Part shown: piece by piece, positions 28,111-37,360 of the stretch
How positions within the stretch are numbered: position 1 is the stretch's first letter
How the letters are laid out: each line of letters starts with the position of its first letter
Assembly (NCBI GenBank): GCA_963767005.1
Contig: CAVYCN010000002.1
Span: 288,001-352,000 of the forward strand
Source: an uncultured Actinomycetes bacterium
GTDB lineage: Bacteria > Actinomycetota > Thermoleophilia > UBA2241
DNA length: 64,000 nucleotides
Reading direction: 5' to 3'
Position numbers and translations under genes: made by a program
The notes under the pieces: generated by a model
Databases searched by the model: none
Told to the model about the DNA's origin: nothing
What the model saw: only the letters and a program-made list of their open reading frames with translations

Positions 28111-30801
28111 ATGAGCGCCACTGAGCTCGCGCGCACCGCGCTGCACGACCGTCACGTGGCGGCCGGCGGGCGCATGGTCGATTTCGCCGGCTGGGAGATG
28201 CCGCTGCAGTACGCAGGCGGCATCGTCGGCGAGCACCTGACAACGCGGCGCGAGGCCGGCCTGTTCGACGTGTCGCACATGGGGCGGTTCATGGTGGGCG
28301 GCGCCGAGGCGCTGGCCTTCCTGCAGCGCGTTCTCAGCAACAACGCCGCCGCGCTCGAGGTCGACCAGGCGCAGTACACGATCATCGCCGACGAGGCCGG
28401 CGGGGCGCTCGACGACGCCTACCTGTACCGCTTCGAGGCCGGCGAGTACCTGCTCGTGGTGAACGCAGCGAACCGCCTGACGGACTGGGCCCACTTCGAG
28501 CGCGCGGCCGCGTCGTTCCCCGGCGTCAGGCTGCACGACGCCACCGCCGAGATCGCCATGATCGCGCTGCAGGGGCCGCGCTCGCGGGACATCCTGGCCG
28601 GCGTGATCGGCGCCGGGCGGCTGCCCGAGCCGCTGCGCAACGAGTGCGCGACGGTGGCGGCCGTGGGCACGACCGTGCGCGTCGGTCGCACGGGGTACAC
28701 CGGCGAGCCGCTGTGCTTCGAGCTCTTCGTGCCGGCCGAGGCGGCCACTCGCCTGTGGGACGCCCTTCTGGCGGGCGGCGCCGCGCCGGCCGGCCTCGGC
28801 GCGCGCGATACGCTGCGCCTCGAGGCCGGCCTGCCGCTCTACGGCTTCGAGCTCGGCACAGACGACGACGGCCGTGAGATCCCGATCTTCGCCATCCCGC
28901 TCGCCAAGCTCGCCGTGAGCCTTTCGCCGCTAAAGGGCGACTTCATCGGGCGCGCCACCCTGGCGCGCCAGCACGACGCTTACGCCCGCATCGTGGCGCG
29001 CGACTGGTCGCGGCGCGCCGACCTGCCGCGGCTCGTGCAGCCCCTCGCCCTGGCCGGCCGCGGCGTCGCCCGCACGCACGCTCCCGTGTTCCGGGACGGC
29101 CGCCGGGTCGGTACGGTGACGAGCGGCACCGCAGTGCCGTACTGGGAGGTCGAGGGCGAGGGGCTCGACTCGCGCCAGACCGACCGGCGCGCCCAGCGCT
29201 CGATCGCCCTCGCCTACCTGGACTGCGATGTGGTCGAAGACGACGAGGTGACGGTCGACGTGCGCGGCACGCTCGTGCCCGCGCTCGTCGTGCCGTACCA
29301 CCTGCGCAGCGACGCGCCGCCCTACGCGCGGCCGATCGTCTACGACCACGTGCTGCCGGCGGCCGCGCTGCCCGCGGGGGAGCCTGCCGCCAAGGCCCGG
29401 CTACTGCTCTCAGAGACGCTCGCCAACACGGCCTGGCGCCAGCGCGAGACCATCAACCTGATCCCCTCCGAGATGACGGCCTCGCCGCTCGTGCGCCTGG
29501 TTTCGGTCATGGACCCCGCCTTCCGCTACGCCGAGCACCGCCGCTCCGAGGCCTTCTACGACGACGAGGTCTTCTACTACCAGGGGACCGGGTTCATCGC
29601 CGCGGTCGAGCGCCGCCTCGAGGCCGAGCTCGCCGCCTACCTGGGCTGCGCCGAGACCGAGACGCGCATGGTAAGCGGCCAGATGGCCAACATGGCGGTC
29701 TTCAGCGGTCTCGTCGAGTATGCAAACAGGGCCGACCCCAAGGCCGAGCCGCGCCGCATCCGTTGCGTGCTGAACAACCACATCGGCAAGGGCGGGCACT
29801 TGAGCGCCCAGCCGATGGGCGCCCTGCGCGACTTCGTGGCGCGCGACCCGCGCACCGACGCGCCGGCCGTCGTGAACTTCCCGATGCGTGCCGACGACCC
29901 CTACCGTATCGACGTCGACGAGACCCGCGAGCTGATCGTGCGGCACCGGCCCGAGCTCGTCGTGTTCGGGCGCAGCATGGTGCTGCACCCGGAGCCGGTC
30001 GCCGAGATCGCGAGCTTCCTGCGGGAGCAGCGCTCGGGCGCCGTCGTGCTCTACGACATGGCGCACGTGCTCGGCCTGGTGGGGCCGCACTTCCAGCAGC
30101 CCTTCGCCGAGGGCGCCGACCTGGTCACCGGCTCCACGCACAAGACGTTCTTCGGCACGCAGCGGGGGGTGGTGGGCAGCCGCTACACAGAGAGCGAGGA
30201 GCGTTACGAGCTGTGGGAGGCGATCCGCCGCCGGACGTTCCCGGGATCGGTGTCCAACCACCACCTCGGCACCCTCCTCGGGCTGCTCTTCGCGACCTAC
30301 GAGATGAACGCCTTCCGCGACACCTATCAGCCGCAGGTGATCGCCAACGCCAAGGCCTTTGCCCGCGCCCTGGCCGCGGCCGGCCTCGACGTGCAGGGCG
30401 ACCCCACCGTGGATCACACCGAGACCCATCAGGTGATCGTGCGGGTCGGGTACGGTCGCGGCCACGAGATGGCCGAGCGGCTCGAAGCAAGCGACATCGT
30501 CTGCAACTACCAGGGGCTGCCCGACGAAGAGGCCTTCACCGCCGCCGGCGGCCTGCGCCTGGGGGTGGCCGAGATGACACGCTTCGGCATGCGCGAGAGC
30601 GACTTCGCCGAGCTCGCGCAGCTCGTGGCCGACGTCGTGCTGCGCGACCGCGACGTCGTCGCCGCCGTCCACGACGTGCGCGCCCGGTTCCGCGAGCTGC
30701 GTTTCTGCTTTGCGCCCGAGGAGCTCGGCGACGGCCTCGGCTCGCTGGTCGAGGCCGTCGTCGGGCGACCCGGCCCGGGCGCGGAAGCGGGCCTGCGATG
30801 A
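28111..30801 (+). CDS. Fusion of glycine cleavage T-protein (aminomethyltransferase) and serine hydroxymethyltransferase
   Basis: N-half: FAGWEMP, LFDVSHMG, ALQGP, RTGYTGE, GLGARDTLRLEAG. C-half: INLIPSE, YAE, GGHLS, DMAH, STHKT (PLP Lys), G.RLG. Single open frame. Confidence 0.9.
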   Translation: MSATELARTALHDRHVAAGGRMVDFAGWEMPLQYAGGIVGEHLTTRREAGLFDVSHMGRFMVGGAEALAFLQRVLSNNAAALEVDQAQYTIIADEAGGALDDAYLYRFEAGEYLLVVNAANRLTDWAHFERAAASFPGVRLHDATAEIAMIALQGPRSRDILAGVIGAGRLPEPLRNECATVAAVGTTVRVGRTGYTGEPLCFELFVPAEAATRLWDALLAGGAAPAGLGARDTLRLEAGLPLYGFELGTDDDGREIPIFAIPLAKLAVSLSPLKGDFIGRATLARQHDAYARIVARDWSRRADLPRLVQPLALAGRGVARTHAPVFRDGRRVGTVTSGTAVPYWEVEGEGLDSRQTDRRAQRSIALAYLDCDVVEDDEVTVDVRGTLVPALVVPYHLRSDAPPYARPIVYDHVLPAAALPAGEPAAKARLLLSETLANTAWRQRETINLIPSEMTASPLVRLVSVMDPAFRYAEHRRSEAFYDDEVFYYQGTGFIAAVERRLEAELAAYLGCAETETRMVSGQMANMAVFSGLVEYANRADPKAEPRRIRCVLNNHIGKGGHLSAQPMGALRDFVARDPRTDAPAVVNFPMRADDPYRIDVDETRELIVRHRPELVVFGRSMVLHPEPVAEIASFLREQRSGAVVLYDMAHVLGLVGPHFQQPFAEGADLVTGSTHKTFFGTQRGVVGSRYTESEERYELWEAIRRRTFPGSVSNHHLGTLLGLLFATYEMNAFRDTYQPQVIANAKAFARALAAAGLDVQGDPTVDHTETHQVIVRVGYGRGHEMAERLEASDIVCNYQGLPDEEAFTAAGGLRLGVAEMTRFGMRESDFAELAQLVADVVLRDRDVVAAVHDVRARFRELRFCFAPEELGDGLGSLVEAVVGRPGPGAEAGLR

Positions 30802-30826
30802 CGACCTTCATGCGGGGAGGCTGGCG

Positions 30827-33226
30827 ATGACGACCGTCTGGGGACCGCGTCGCGGCATCGTGGTCGAGGTCGACGCGGCGAGCGCCGGCGCCCCGCTCGG
30901 GGCGCCCGAGCTCGCCGCCTTCGAGACGCTCGACCTGGTCTACCGTGCGCTCAGCGCGCTGCTGTTCAACTACGTGCCCACTTCGGGTCACCCCGGCGGC
31001 TCGATCTCGTCGGGACGCTTCACCGCGGCGCTGCTCTACGACTCACTCGACTACGACCTGTGCGACCCCGAGCGCGACGACGCCGACCTGCTCAGCTATG
31101 CGGCCGGCCACAAGGCGATGGGGCTCTACGCGATGTGGGCGCTGCGCGACGAGATCGCGCGCCTGGGGGCGCCCGATCTGCTGCCAGCCGACGAGGGGAA
31201 ACGGCTGCGTCTCGAGGACCTGCTCGGCTTTCGCCGCAACCCGACCACGCAGACGCCGCTCTTTCGCCGCCTGCGGGCGCGCGCCCTGGACGGCCATCCG
31301 ACGCCGGCGACGCCGTTCGTGCGCCTGGCCACCGGCGCGTCGGGGGTCGGCATGGCGAGCTCGATCGGCCTCGCCATCGGTGCCCGCGACAGGTTCGGCA
31401 CGGCCTGCCCGCGCGTGCACGTGAGCGAGGGCGAGGGCGGGCTCACGCCAGGGCGGGTGGCCGAGGCTCTGGCCGCGGCCGGCACCGCCCGCCTGGCCAA
31501 CGTCGTCGTGCACCTCGACTGGAACCAGGCCTCGATCGACAGCGAGCGCGTGTGCCGCGAAGAGGATGTGGCCGGCGACTACGTGCAGTGGGAACCCGCC
31601 GAGCTGTTCCACCTGCACGACTGGAACGTCGTGCGCGTCGCCGACGGGCACGATCTCGCCCAGGTCGTGGCGGCCCAGCGGCTGGCCGCCGGCCTGGAGA
31701 CCGGCCAGCCGACGGCGATCGTCTACCGCACGCGCAAGGGCTGGCACTACGGCATCGAGGGGCGCGCCTCGCACGGCGCCGGCCACAAGCTCTGCTCCGA
31801 GGGCTTCTACCGCTCGGTCGCCGAGCTCACCGGGGGCGCCGACGACGCCGGGGGTGACGGCGATGCGTTTCCCACCTGCGCGCCCGACGACCCGCGCTGC
31901 GCCGGCCGCGACGGCGCCGAGGTACGCGAGGAATGCTTCTGGGCGGCGCTGCAGGTCGTGCGGCGACGGCTCGAGCGCGAGACCGACGCCGTGACCGTAC
32001 TGGCCAGGTGTCTTGTCGCCGCGCGCGAGCGGCTGGACGGGCGCGGCCTGCGGCCGCGCCCCGACGCGCCGCGTCCCGCGGCCGTCTATGCGCTCGCGAG
32101 CGACGGCGCCCTCGAGGCGCCGGCGGCCCTGCATCCGGCGCCGGGCTCGCCGGCCACCCTGCGCGAGGCCCTGGGTGGTGCGCTCGGCGCCCTGAACGCG
32201 GCCTCGGGCGGCGCGCTGCTCGTGGCCTCGGCCGACCTGCTGGGCTCGACCAGCCTGAACCTCGCCGCGGCCGGCTTTCCGGCCGGTTTCTGGAACGCGC
32301 TCGACAACCCCGGCGCCCGCGAGCTGGCGACCGGCGGCATCTGCGAGGACGCCATGAGCGGCATCCTGGCCGGCGTGTCGACCTTCGGCGGGGCGATCGG
32401 CGTGGGCTCGTCCTACGGGGCCTTCATGGCGCCGCTCGGCCACGTCGCGGCGCGCCTGCACGCGATCGGCCAGCAGGCCCGCCGGGCGGCAACCGGCGAG
32501 CCCTGCCGGCCGCTCGTGCTGGTCTGCGCCCACGCCGGCCTCGCGACCGGCGAGGACGGTCCCACGCACGCCGATCCCCAGGCGCTGCAGCTCCTGCAGG
32601 GCAACTTCCCGCCGGGCAGCGCCGTCACCTTGACGCCCTGGGAGCCGCAGGAGGTGTGGCCGCTGCTCTGCGCCGCGCTCGCTCGCCGGCCGGCGCTCGT
32701 GTTCCCGTTCGTCACCCGCCCGGCCGAGCCCGTCCTCGACCGTGCCGCGCTCGGCCTGGCGCCGCCGGCCGCCGCCGCCGACGGTCTCGAGCTGCTACGC
32801 GCGCCGCGTGGTGCCGGCGACGTGACCATCGTGCTCCAGGAGAGCGCCGTGACCTACGCCTTCGTGACCGGCGCCCTGCCTGTACTGGAGCGCGACGGCA
32901 TCGACGCCCGGGTCTACGTCGTGACGAGCGCCGAGCTGTACGACGCGCTGCCCGCCGCGCGCCGCGCGGAGCTGTTCCCCGAGGAGCACGCCCGCGAGGC
33001 CATCGGCATCACCGGCTTCACGCTGCCCACGCTTTACCGCTGGGTGCAGTCGCGCGCCGGCCTCGAGGCGTCGCTGCACCCCTACCGCCGCGGTCACTAT
33101 CTCGGCAGCGGTCAGGGAGCGGTGGTGCTGGCCGAGGCGGGCCTCGACGGCGAGAGTCAGTACCGCGCCGTGCGGGCCTTCCTCGACGATCGCGCCGCCG
33201 CGCACACAGGGCGCCCGCGGGGCTGA
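30827..33226 (+). CDS. Transketolase-like TPP enzyme (divergent)
   Basis: SGHPGGS, GH, LDGHP, TGASGVG, GEG...N, T.KG, HG, SADL, GICE, HAGLATGEDGPTH. Confidence 0.82.
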   Translation: MTTVWGPRRGIVVEVDAASAGAPLGAPELAAFETLDLVYRALSALLFNYVPTSGHPGGSISSGRFTAALLYDSLDYDLCDPERDDADLLSYAAGHKAMGLYAMWALRDEIARLGAPDLLPADEGKRLRLEDLLGFRRNPTTQTPLFRRLRARALDGHPTPATPFVRLATGASGVGMASSIGLAIGARDRFGTACPRVHVSEGEGGLTPGRVAEALAAAGTARLANVVVHLDWNQASIDSERVCREEDVAGDYVQWEPAELFHLHDWNVVRVADGHDLAQVVAAQRLAAGLETGQPTAIVYRTRKGWHYGIEGRASHGAGHKLCSEGFYRSVAELTGGADDAGGDGDAFPTCAPDDPRCAGRDGAEVREECFWAALQVVRRRLERETDAVTVLARCLVAARERLDGRGLRPRPDAPRPAAVYALASDGALEAPAALHPAPGSPATLREALGGALGALNAASGGALLVASADLLGSTSLNLAAAGFPAGFWNALDNPGARELATGGICEDAMSGILAGVSTFGGAIGVGSSYGAFMAPLGHVAARLHAIGQQARRAATGEPCRPLVLVCAHAGLATGEDGPTHADPQALQLLQGNFPPGSAVTLTPWEPQEVWPLLCAALARRPALVFPFVTRPAEPVLDRAALGLAPPAAAADGLELLRAPRGAGDVTIVLQESAVTYAFVTGALPVLERDGIDARVYVVTSAELYDALPAARRAELFPEEHAREAIGITGFTLPTLYRWVQSRAGLEASLHPYRRGHYLGSGQGAVVLAEAGLDGESQYRAVRAFLDDRAAAHTGRPRG

Positions 33227-33277
33227 AGACCGGCGACGGGGAAGAGGGGGCCGGTCGGCGGGCCGGCCCCCTCCCTC

Positions 33278-33293
33278 TGGTACACTGCCGCCC
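33278..33293 (+). promoter_or_regulatory. Extended -10 positioned for a leaderless der transcript
   Basis: TGgTACACT 33278-33286, 7 nt before ATG 33294, no SD sequence. Confidence 0.5.
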
Positions 33294-34613
33294 ATGGCTG
33301 TGATCCCTACCTTCGCCGTGATCGGCGTTCCCAACGCCGGCAAGTCCACGCTCATCAACCGGCTGACAGGCACCCGGGTGGCGGTCGTGCACGAGACGCC
33401 GGGCGTGACCCGCGACCGCAAGGTCGTCGAGACCGAGTGGGGCGGCCGCGTCGTGCGCCTGATCGACACCGGTGGCTTCGACCAGTCCGATCACACGCGT
33501 CTCGGGGGCGACATCCGCGCGCAGGTCCGGGCGGCCCTGGCCGCGGCCGACGGCGTCGTCTTCGTGGTCGACGGTCGGGCCGGCCCGCTGCCCGGCGACC
33601 ACGACATCGCCGACGTGCTGCGCCGCGCCCGCATCCCCACCCTGCTCGTTGCCAACAAGGTCGACGACCGCCGCCACGAAGCCGACCTCGTCGCCTTCCA
33701 CGAGCTCGGTCTGGGCGAGCCGCTGCCGGTCTCGGCGCTGCACGGCACCGGCAGCGGCGACCTCCTCGACGAGATCGTGGCCCTGGCCGACGGCCTCACC
33801 GGCGAGGACGCAGAGGCGGGGGAGGAGACCGACGACCAGGCCGCGGAGATCGCGGTGGCCATCGTCGGGCGGCCCAACGCCGGCAAGTCGTCGCTGCTGA
33901 ACGCCTTGGTCGGCGAGGAGCGCGTCATCGTGAGCGACGTCGCCGGCACGACGCGCGACGCGATCGACACGACGGCGACCTGGCACGGGCATGACTTCCG
34001 CTTCGTCGACACGGCCGGCATGCGCAAGGCGGCCAAGGTCTCGGGGGTCGAGTACTACGCGTACCTGCGCAGCCTGGCCACGCTCGACCGCGCCGGTGTG
34101 GCGATCGTGGTCGTCGACGCCGCCGTGGGGCTCGGCGAGCTCGACCTGCAGATCGCCGGCGAGGCGATGCGACGCGGCTGTGCCACCGTGCTTGCCGTGA
34201 GCAAGGCCGACATCGTTGCGCCCGACCTCGCCGAAGTCGGCGGCACGGCCGCGCGCAAGCTGCGCCAGCGGCCGCGAGCGATCGCCGTGTCGGCTGTCAC
34301 GGGTCGCGGTCTCGAGCAGCTCCTCAACGTAGTGACCGACCTGTGGAGCCGCTATACTGCCCACATCCCGACCGGCGCCCTGAACCGGGCGCTCGCCGCG
34401 ATCACCGAGCAGCGCACCATGCCGGGCAAGGGGCGCAAGAAGCTGAAGCTCTACTACATCTCCCAATTCCAGACCGCGCCGCCGCGCTTTGCGATCGCCG
34501 TGAACGACCGTGACCTCGTGACGCGCGACTTCGGGTTCTTCGTCGAGAACCGCCTGCGCGACGCCGTGGGCTACGAAGGCGTGCCGTTGATCATCGACTT
34601 CAAGGAGCGCTAG
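33294..34613 (+). CDS. der: Ribosome biogenesis GTPase Der/EngA
   Basis: Two GTPase domains (GVPNAGKS/DTGG/NKVD and GRPNAGKSS/DTAG) plus KH-like tail. Confidence 0.96.
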   Translation: MAVIPTFAVIGVPNAGKSTLINRLTGTRVAVVHETPGVTRDRKVVETEWGGRVVRLIDTGGFDQSDHTRLGGDIRAQVRAALAAADGVVFVVDGRAGPLPGDHDIADVLRRARIPTLLVANKVDDRRHEADLVAFHELGLGEPLPVSALHGTGSGDLLDEIVALADGLTGEDAEAGEETDDQAAEIAVAIVGRPNAGKSSLLNALVGEERVIVSDVAGTTRDAIDTTATWHGHDFRFVDTAGMRKAAKVSGVEYYAYLRSLATLDRAGVAIVVVDAAVGLGELDLQIAGEAMRRGCATVLAVSKADIVAPDLAEVGGTAARKLRQRPRAIAVSAVTGRGLEQLLNVVTDLWSRYTAHIPTGALNRALAAITEQRTMPGKGRKKLKLYYISQFQTAPPRFAIAVNDRDLVTRDFGFFVENRLRDAVGYEGVPLIIDFKER

Positions 34614-35273
34614 ATGCTCCCCTGGCTGGCAGGCGCCGCCCTCGTGATCGTGGCCTACGTGATGGGTTCGGTGCCCTTCGCGATCGTGGTCGGCAAGTGG
34701 TTCTGGCACGTCGACGTGCGCGACCACGGCTCCGGCAACGTCGGCACGACCAACGTCTTCCGCGTGCTCGGCAAGCGCGCCGGCACGCTCGTGCTGATCG
34801 GCGACATGGCCAAGGGCTTCATCCCGGTCTGGGTGGCCGCCCACTACTATCCGGCCTGGTTCGCGCTGATCGTCGCCCTGGCGGCGCTGATCGGTCACAT
34901 GTACTCGGTGTTCCTGCGCGGTGGCGGCGGCAAGGGCGTGGCGACCGGCGCCGGCATCATCCTCGCCCTCGTGCCCTGGATCTTCGTCATCGCCATCGTC
35001 GTGTTTCTCGTGCTCCTGCTCACCACCCGCATGGTGAGCGCGGCTTCGATGGCCGGGGCGATCACTTTTGCGGTGTGCACGATCTCGTTCCACAAGCCGG
35101 TCTGGTACGAGGTGCTCTCGGTGTTCGCCGCCCTCGTCGTCGTCTACCAGCACCGCACCAACATCAGACGCATCGCCCTGCGCTGCGAGAACAAGGTGAC
35201 GTTCCCCTGGGACCACGACCGGCGGTCGTCGGGCTCGGGCGCTCACGGCGCCGGCGGCGCCTCGACCCGCTAG
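34614..35273 (+). CDS. plsY: Glycerol-3-phosphate acyltransferase PlsY
   Basis: GSVP, GSGNVGTTN..R, D..KG, GH, GGKGVAT, HR.NI.R. Confidence 0.95.
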   Translation: MLPWLAGAALVIVAYVMGSVPFAIVVGKWFWHVDVRDHGSGNVGTTNVFRVLGKRAGTLVLIGDMAKGFIPVWVAAHYYPAWFALIVALAALIGHMYSVFLRGGGGKGVATGAGIILALVPWIFVIAIVVFLVLLLTTRMVSAASMAGAITFAVCTISFHKPVWYEVLSVFAALVVVYQHRTNIRRIALRCENKVTFPWDHDRRSSGSGAHGAGGASTR

Positions 35274-35277
35274 CGCC

Positions 35278-36348
35278 GTGCGGGTCACCGTCGTCGGCTC
35301 CGGTAGCTGGGGCACCGGCTTCGCGCGGCTGCTGCACCGCGGCGGCCACGAGGTGCAAGTGCTCACCCTGACGGCGGCCGAGGCCGCCGAGCTGAACGAG
35401 AGCCACGTCAATCCCCTGTTCCTGCCGGGCGTGGAGATCAGCCCCGAGATCCGCTTTGCAGCGATGGCCGACGCCACGCTCGACGAGAGCGAGCTGGTCG
35501 TGTACGCCGTGCCGACCCAGGTGGTGCGCGAGGTGGCGTGCTGGGTCGCGCCGCGTCGCGCGTCGCGCTCGCTGCAGCTCTCGCTCGCCAAGGGTCTCGA
35601 GCTGCACACGCTCCTGCGGCCGACCGAGGTCATCGCCAGCGAGACGGGCTCGCCGGTCGCCGCGCTGTCGGGCCCGAACCATGCCGAGGAGGTCGCCCGC
35701 GACCTGCCTTCGGCCACGGTCATCGCGGCCGCCGACGAGCGCCTGGCGCGCCGCCTGCAGGGCATCGTCACCGGCGAGACGCTGCGCGTGTACACCAACG
35801 ACGACCTTGTCGGCGTCGAGTTCTGCGGCGCCGCCAAGAACCCCATAGCGATCGCCGTGGGCATCGCCGACGGCCTCGGCTTCGGCGACAACACCCGGGC
35901 GGCGCTCATGACGCGCAGCCTCGCCGAGGTCGCCCGCCTCGGCATGCGCCTGGGCGCCGACTTCGCCACCTTCGCCGGCCTGGCCGGCATCGGCGACCTC
36001 ATGGTCACCTGCACCTCGATGCACAGCCGCAACCGGCGTGCCGGCGAGCTGATCGGCCGCGGCGAGGAGCCGAGCAGGGTGCCCGAGCTCGTCGGCCAGG
36101 TGGTCGAGGGCATCCCGACCGCCTACGCCCTGCACGACCTGAGCGGGCGCATGGGGGTCGAGATGCCGGTGACCGAGGCCGTCTACGACGTGCTCGAGCG
36201 CGGCGTCTCGCCGCGGGAGTGCGTCGGCAGCCTGATGAGCCGCGACGTCACCTCCGAAGCCGGGCAGGACATCATGAGCCTGGTCGGCCAGATCCGTCAG
36301 TCGGCCACCAAGAAGGCACGGCGCACGGCGCGGCGGCTGCTGCCCTAA
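35278..36348 (+). CDS. gpsA: NAD(P)H-dependent glycerol-3-phosphate dehydrogenase
   Basis: GSGSWG, KGLE, LSGPNHAEE, KN, GDN, GIGDL..TC, SRN. Confidence 0.95.
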   Translation: MRVTVVGSGSWGTGFARLLHRGGHEVQVLTLTAAEAAELNESHVNPLFLPGVEISPEIRFAAMADATLDESELVVYAVPTQVVREVACWVAPRRASRSLQLSLAKGLELHTLLRPTEVIASETGSPVAALSGPNHAEEVARDLPSATVIAAADERLARRLQGIVTGETLRVYTNDDLVGVEFCGAAKNPIAIAVGIADGLGFGDNTRAALMTRSLAEVARLGMRLGADFATFAGLAGIGDLMVTCTSMHSRNRRAGELIGRGEEPSRVPELVGQVVEGIPTAYALHDLSGRMGVEMPVTEAVYDVLERGVSPRECVGSLMSRDVTSEAGQDIMSLVGQIRQSATKKARRTARRLLP

Positions 36349-36523
36349 GGGAGCGGGTCGGGGTCCAGGGCGCTCCTCCGGGTATTCTGAGCGCGTTACG
36401 CAGACTGCATAAGCGCAACTCACCAGCTCGCCTCTTGCGCTTATGTACAAGGGCGCAGGATGCTGCCGATGTTATCGAGACGACAGAATCAGGGTTGGCA
36501 GTACAGACGATGGGAGGTGGACG

Positions 36524-36949
36524 GTGAGCCTGTCAGTACGTGTGGCGACTCCTGACCCCAGCCGCAGCCCGGTCTTGCGCGCTGCGCTCGCCGTACCCCT
36601 GCTCTACACCCTGTTCCACGTGTGGCCCAGGCACTGGTCCTGGGCCTTCCCGTCCGACCAGGCGACTGGCTTCTACGCCGTCAACGGCCTGCTCTTCTTC
36701 ATCCCCATCGCCGTCTGGTGCACCGCTCTCGCGCTGCTCGCGCTGGGCAGCCCCAACCGCATCGCTTGGGCCCTCGTGGCCGTCGGAGGCACGCTCGTCG
36801 CCGTCTACGGCTTTCGCTTCGTCCTGGCAGTCCAGCGCGACCTGAACCCCGTGCTTGCCTTCGGCCTCTACGCCGCGCTCCTGGGAGCGTGGCAGCTCGC
36901 CCGGCGCCGCAAGCGTGAGCGCGGTCCGGCGACCAAGTCGGGGGCGTAG
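36524..36949 (+). CDS. Hypothetical membrane protein (about 4 TM), cassette cargo
   Basis: GTG after GGGAGGTG; hydrophobic helices; stop codon 13 nt before attC. Confidence 0.7.
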   Translation: MSLSVRVATPDPSRSPVLRAALAVPLLYTLFHVWPRHWSWAFPSDQATGFYAVNGLLFFIPIAVWCTALALLALGSPNRIAWALVAVGGTLVAVYGFRFVLAVQRDLNPVLAFGLYAALLGAWQLARRRKRERGPATKSGA

Positions 36950-36962
36950 CCGTGGTCCGAGC

Positions 36963-37052
36963 TGCTAACCAGCGGATCAAGCTGACTCGCAGATGCGCGG
37001 GCGGTGCAACGGAATGCCGGCGCGCTCGCAGCTTATCCGCCGGCCGTTAGGT
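36963..37052 (+). mobile_element. attC recombination site
   Basis: R'' TGCTAAC; GCGGAT[C]AAGCTG[A]C pairs with GCAGCTTATCCGC with two extrahelical bases; R' GTTAGGT. Confidence 0.82.
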
Positions 37053-37119
37053 GCGGTTTCCGGAGGGCTGAGGGTGATCAACGCGCACGGAAAGCGGGCT
37101 GCTTGGGGAGCGCTGAGCT

Positions 37120-37204
37120 AGCCAACAGGCATTTCGCAGACTCGCCGAATGAGTGCGCCGAGAGCGACAGTCTCGCTCGCAGCTCAAATGCAGCGACGCT
37201 ATAC
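37120..37204 (+). mobile_element. Degenerate second attC site
   Basis: AGCCAAC, GCATTT...AAATGC pairing, GACTCGC and GCTCGCAGCT shared with attC1; R' decayed to GCTATAC. Confidence 0.55.
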
Positions 37205-37360
37205 CCAGGGGGTCGAGGCGTGGGCAACACCTCACTGGTCAACCCGCTCGTCATCGTCTTGCTGCCGGCCTACGTCTCGATGCGCTTGGGCGGGCGGGCC
37301 CTGATGCGCTGCATTGTGCCGGCGCGCGCGCCTCTGGTAGACTGCCAGCCAGGTCGCACT

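Larger units (their letters stand above)
36494..37204 (+). mobile_element. Integron gene-cassette array remnant lacking intI (CALIN-like)
   Basis: GTTGGCA core 36494, one ORF, attC 36963-37052, short spacer, degenerate attC 37120-37204; lower GC than flanks. Confidence 0.7.

Noticed and set aside
33018-36113. 1031-aa minus-strand ORF (likewise 51843-54731, 54142-57240, 38879-41230, 6100-8214)
   Set aside because: Antisense mirrors of well-supported genes
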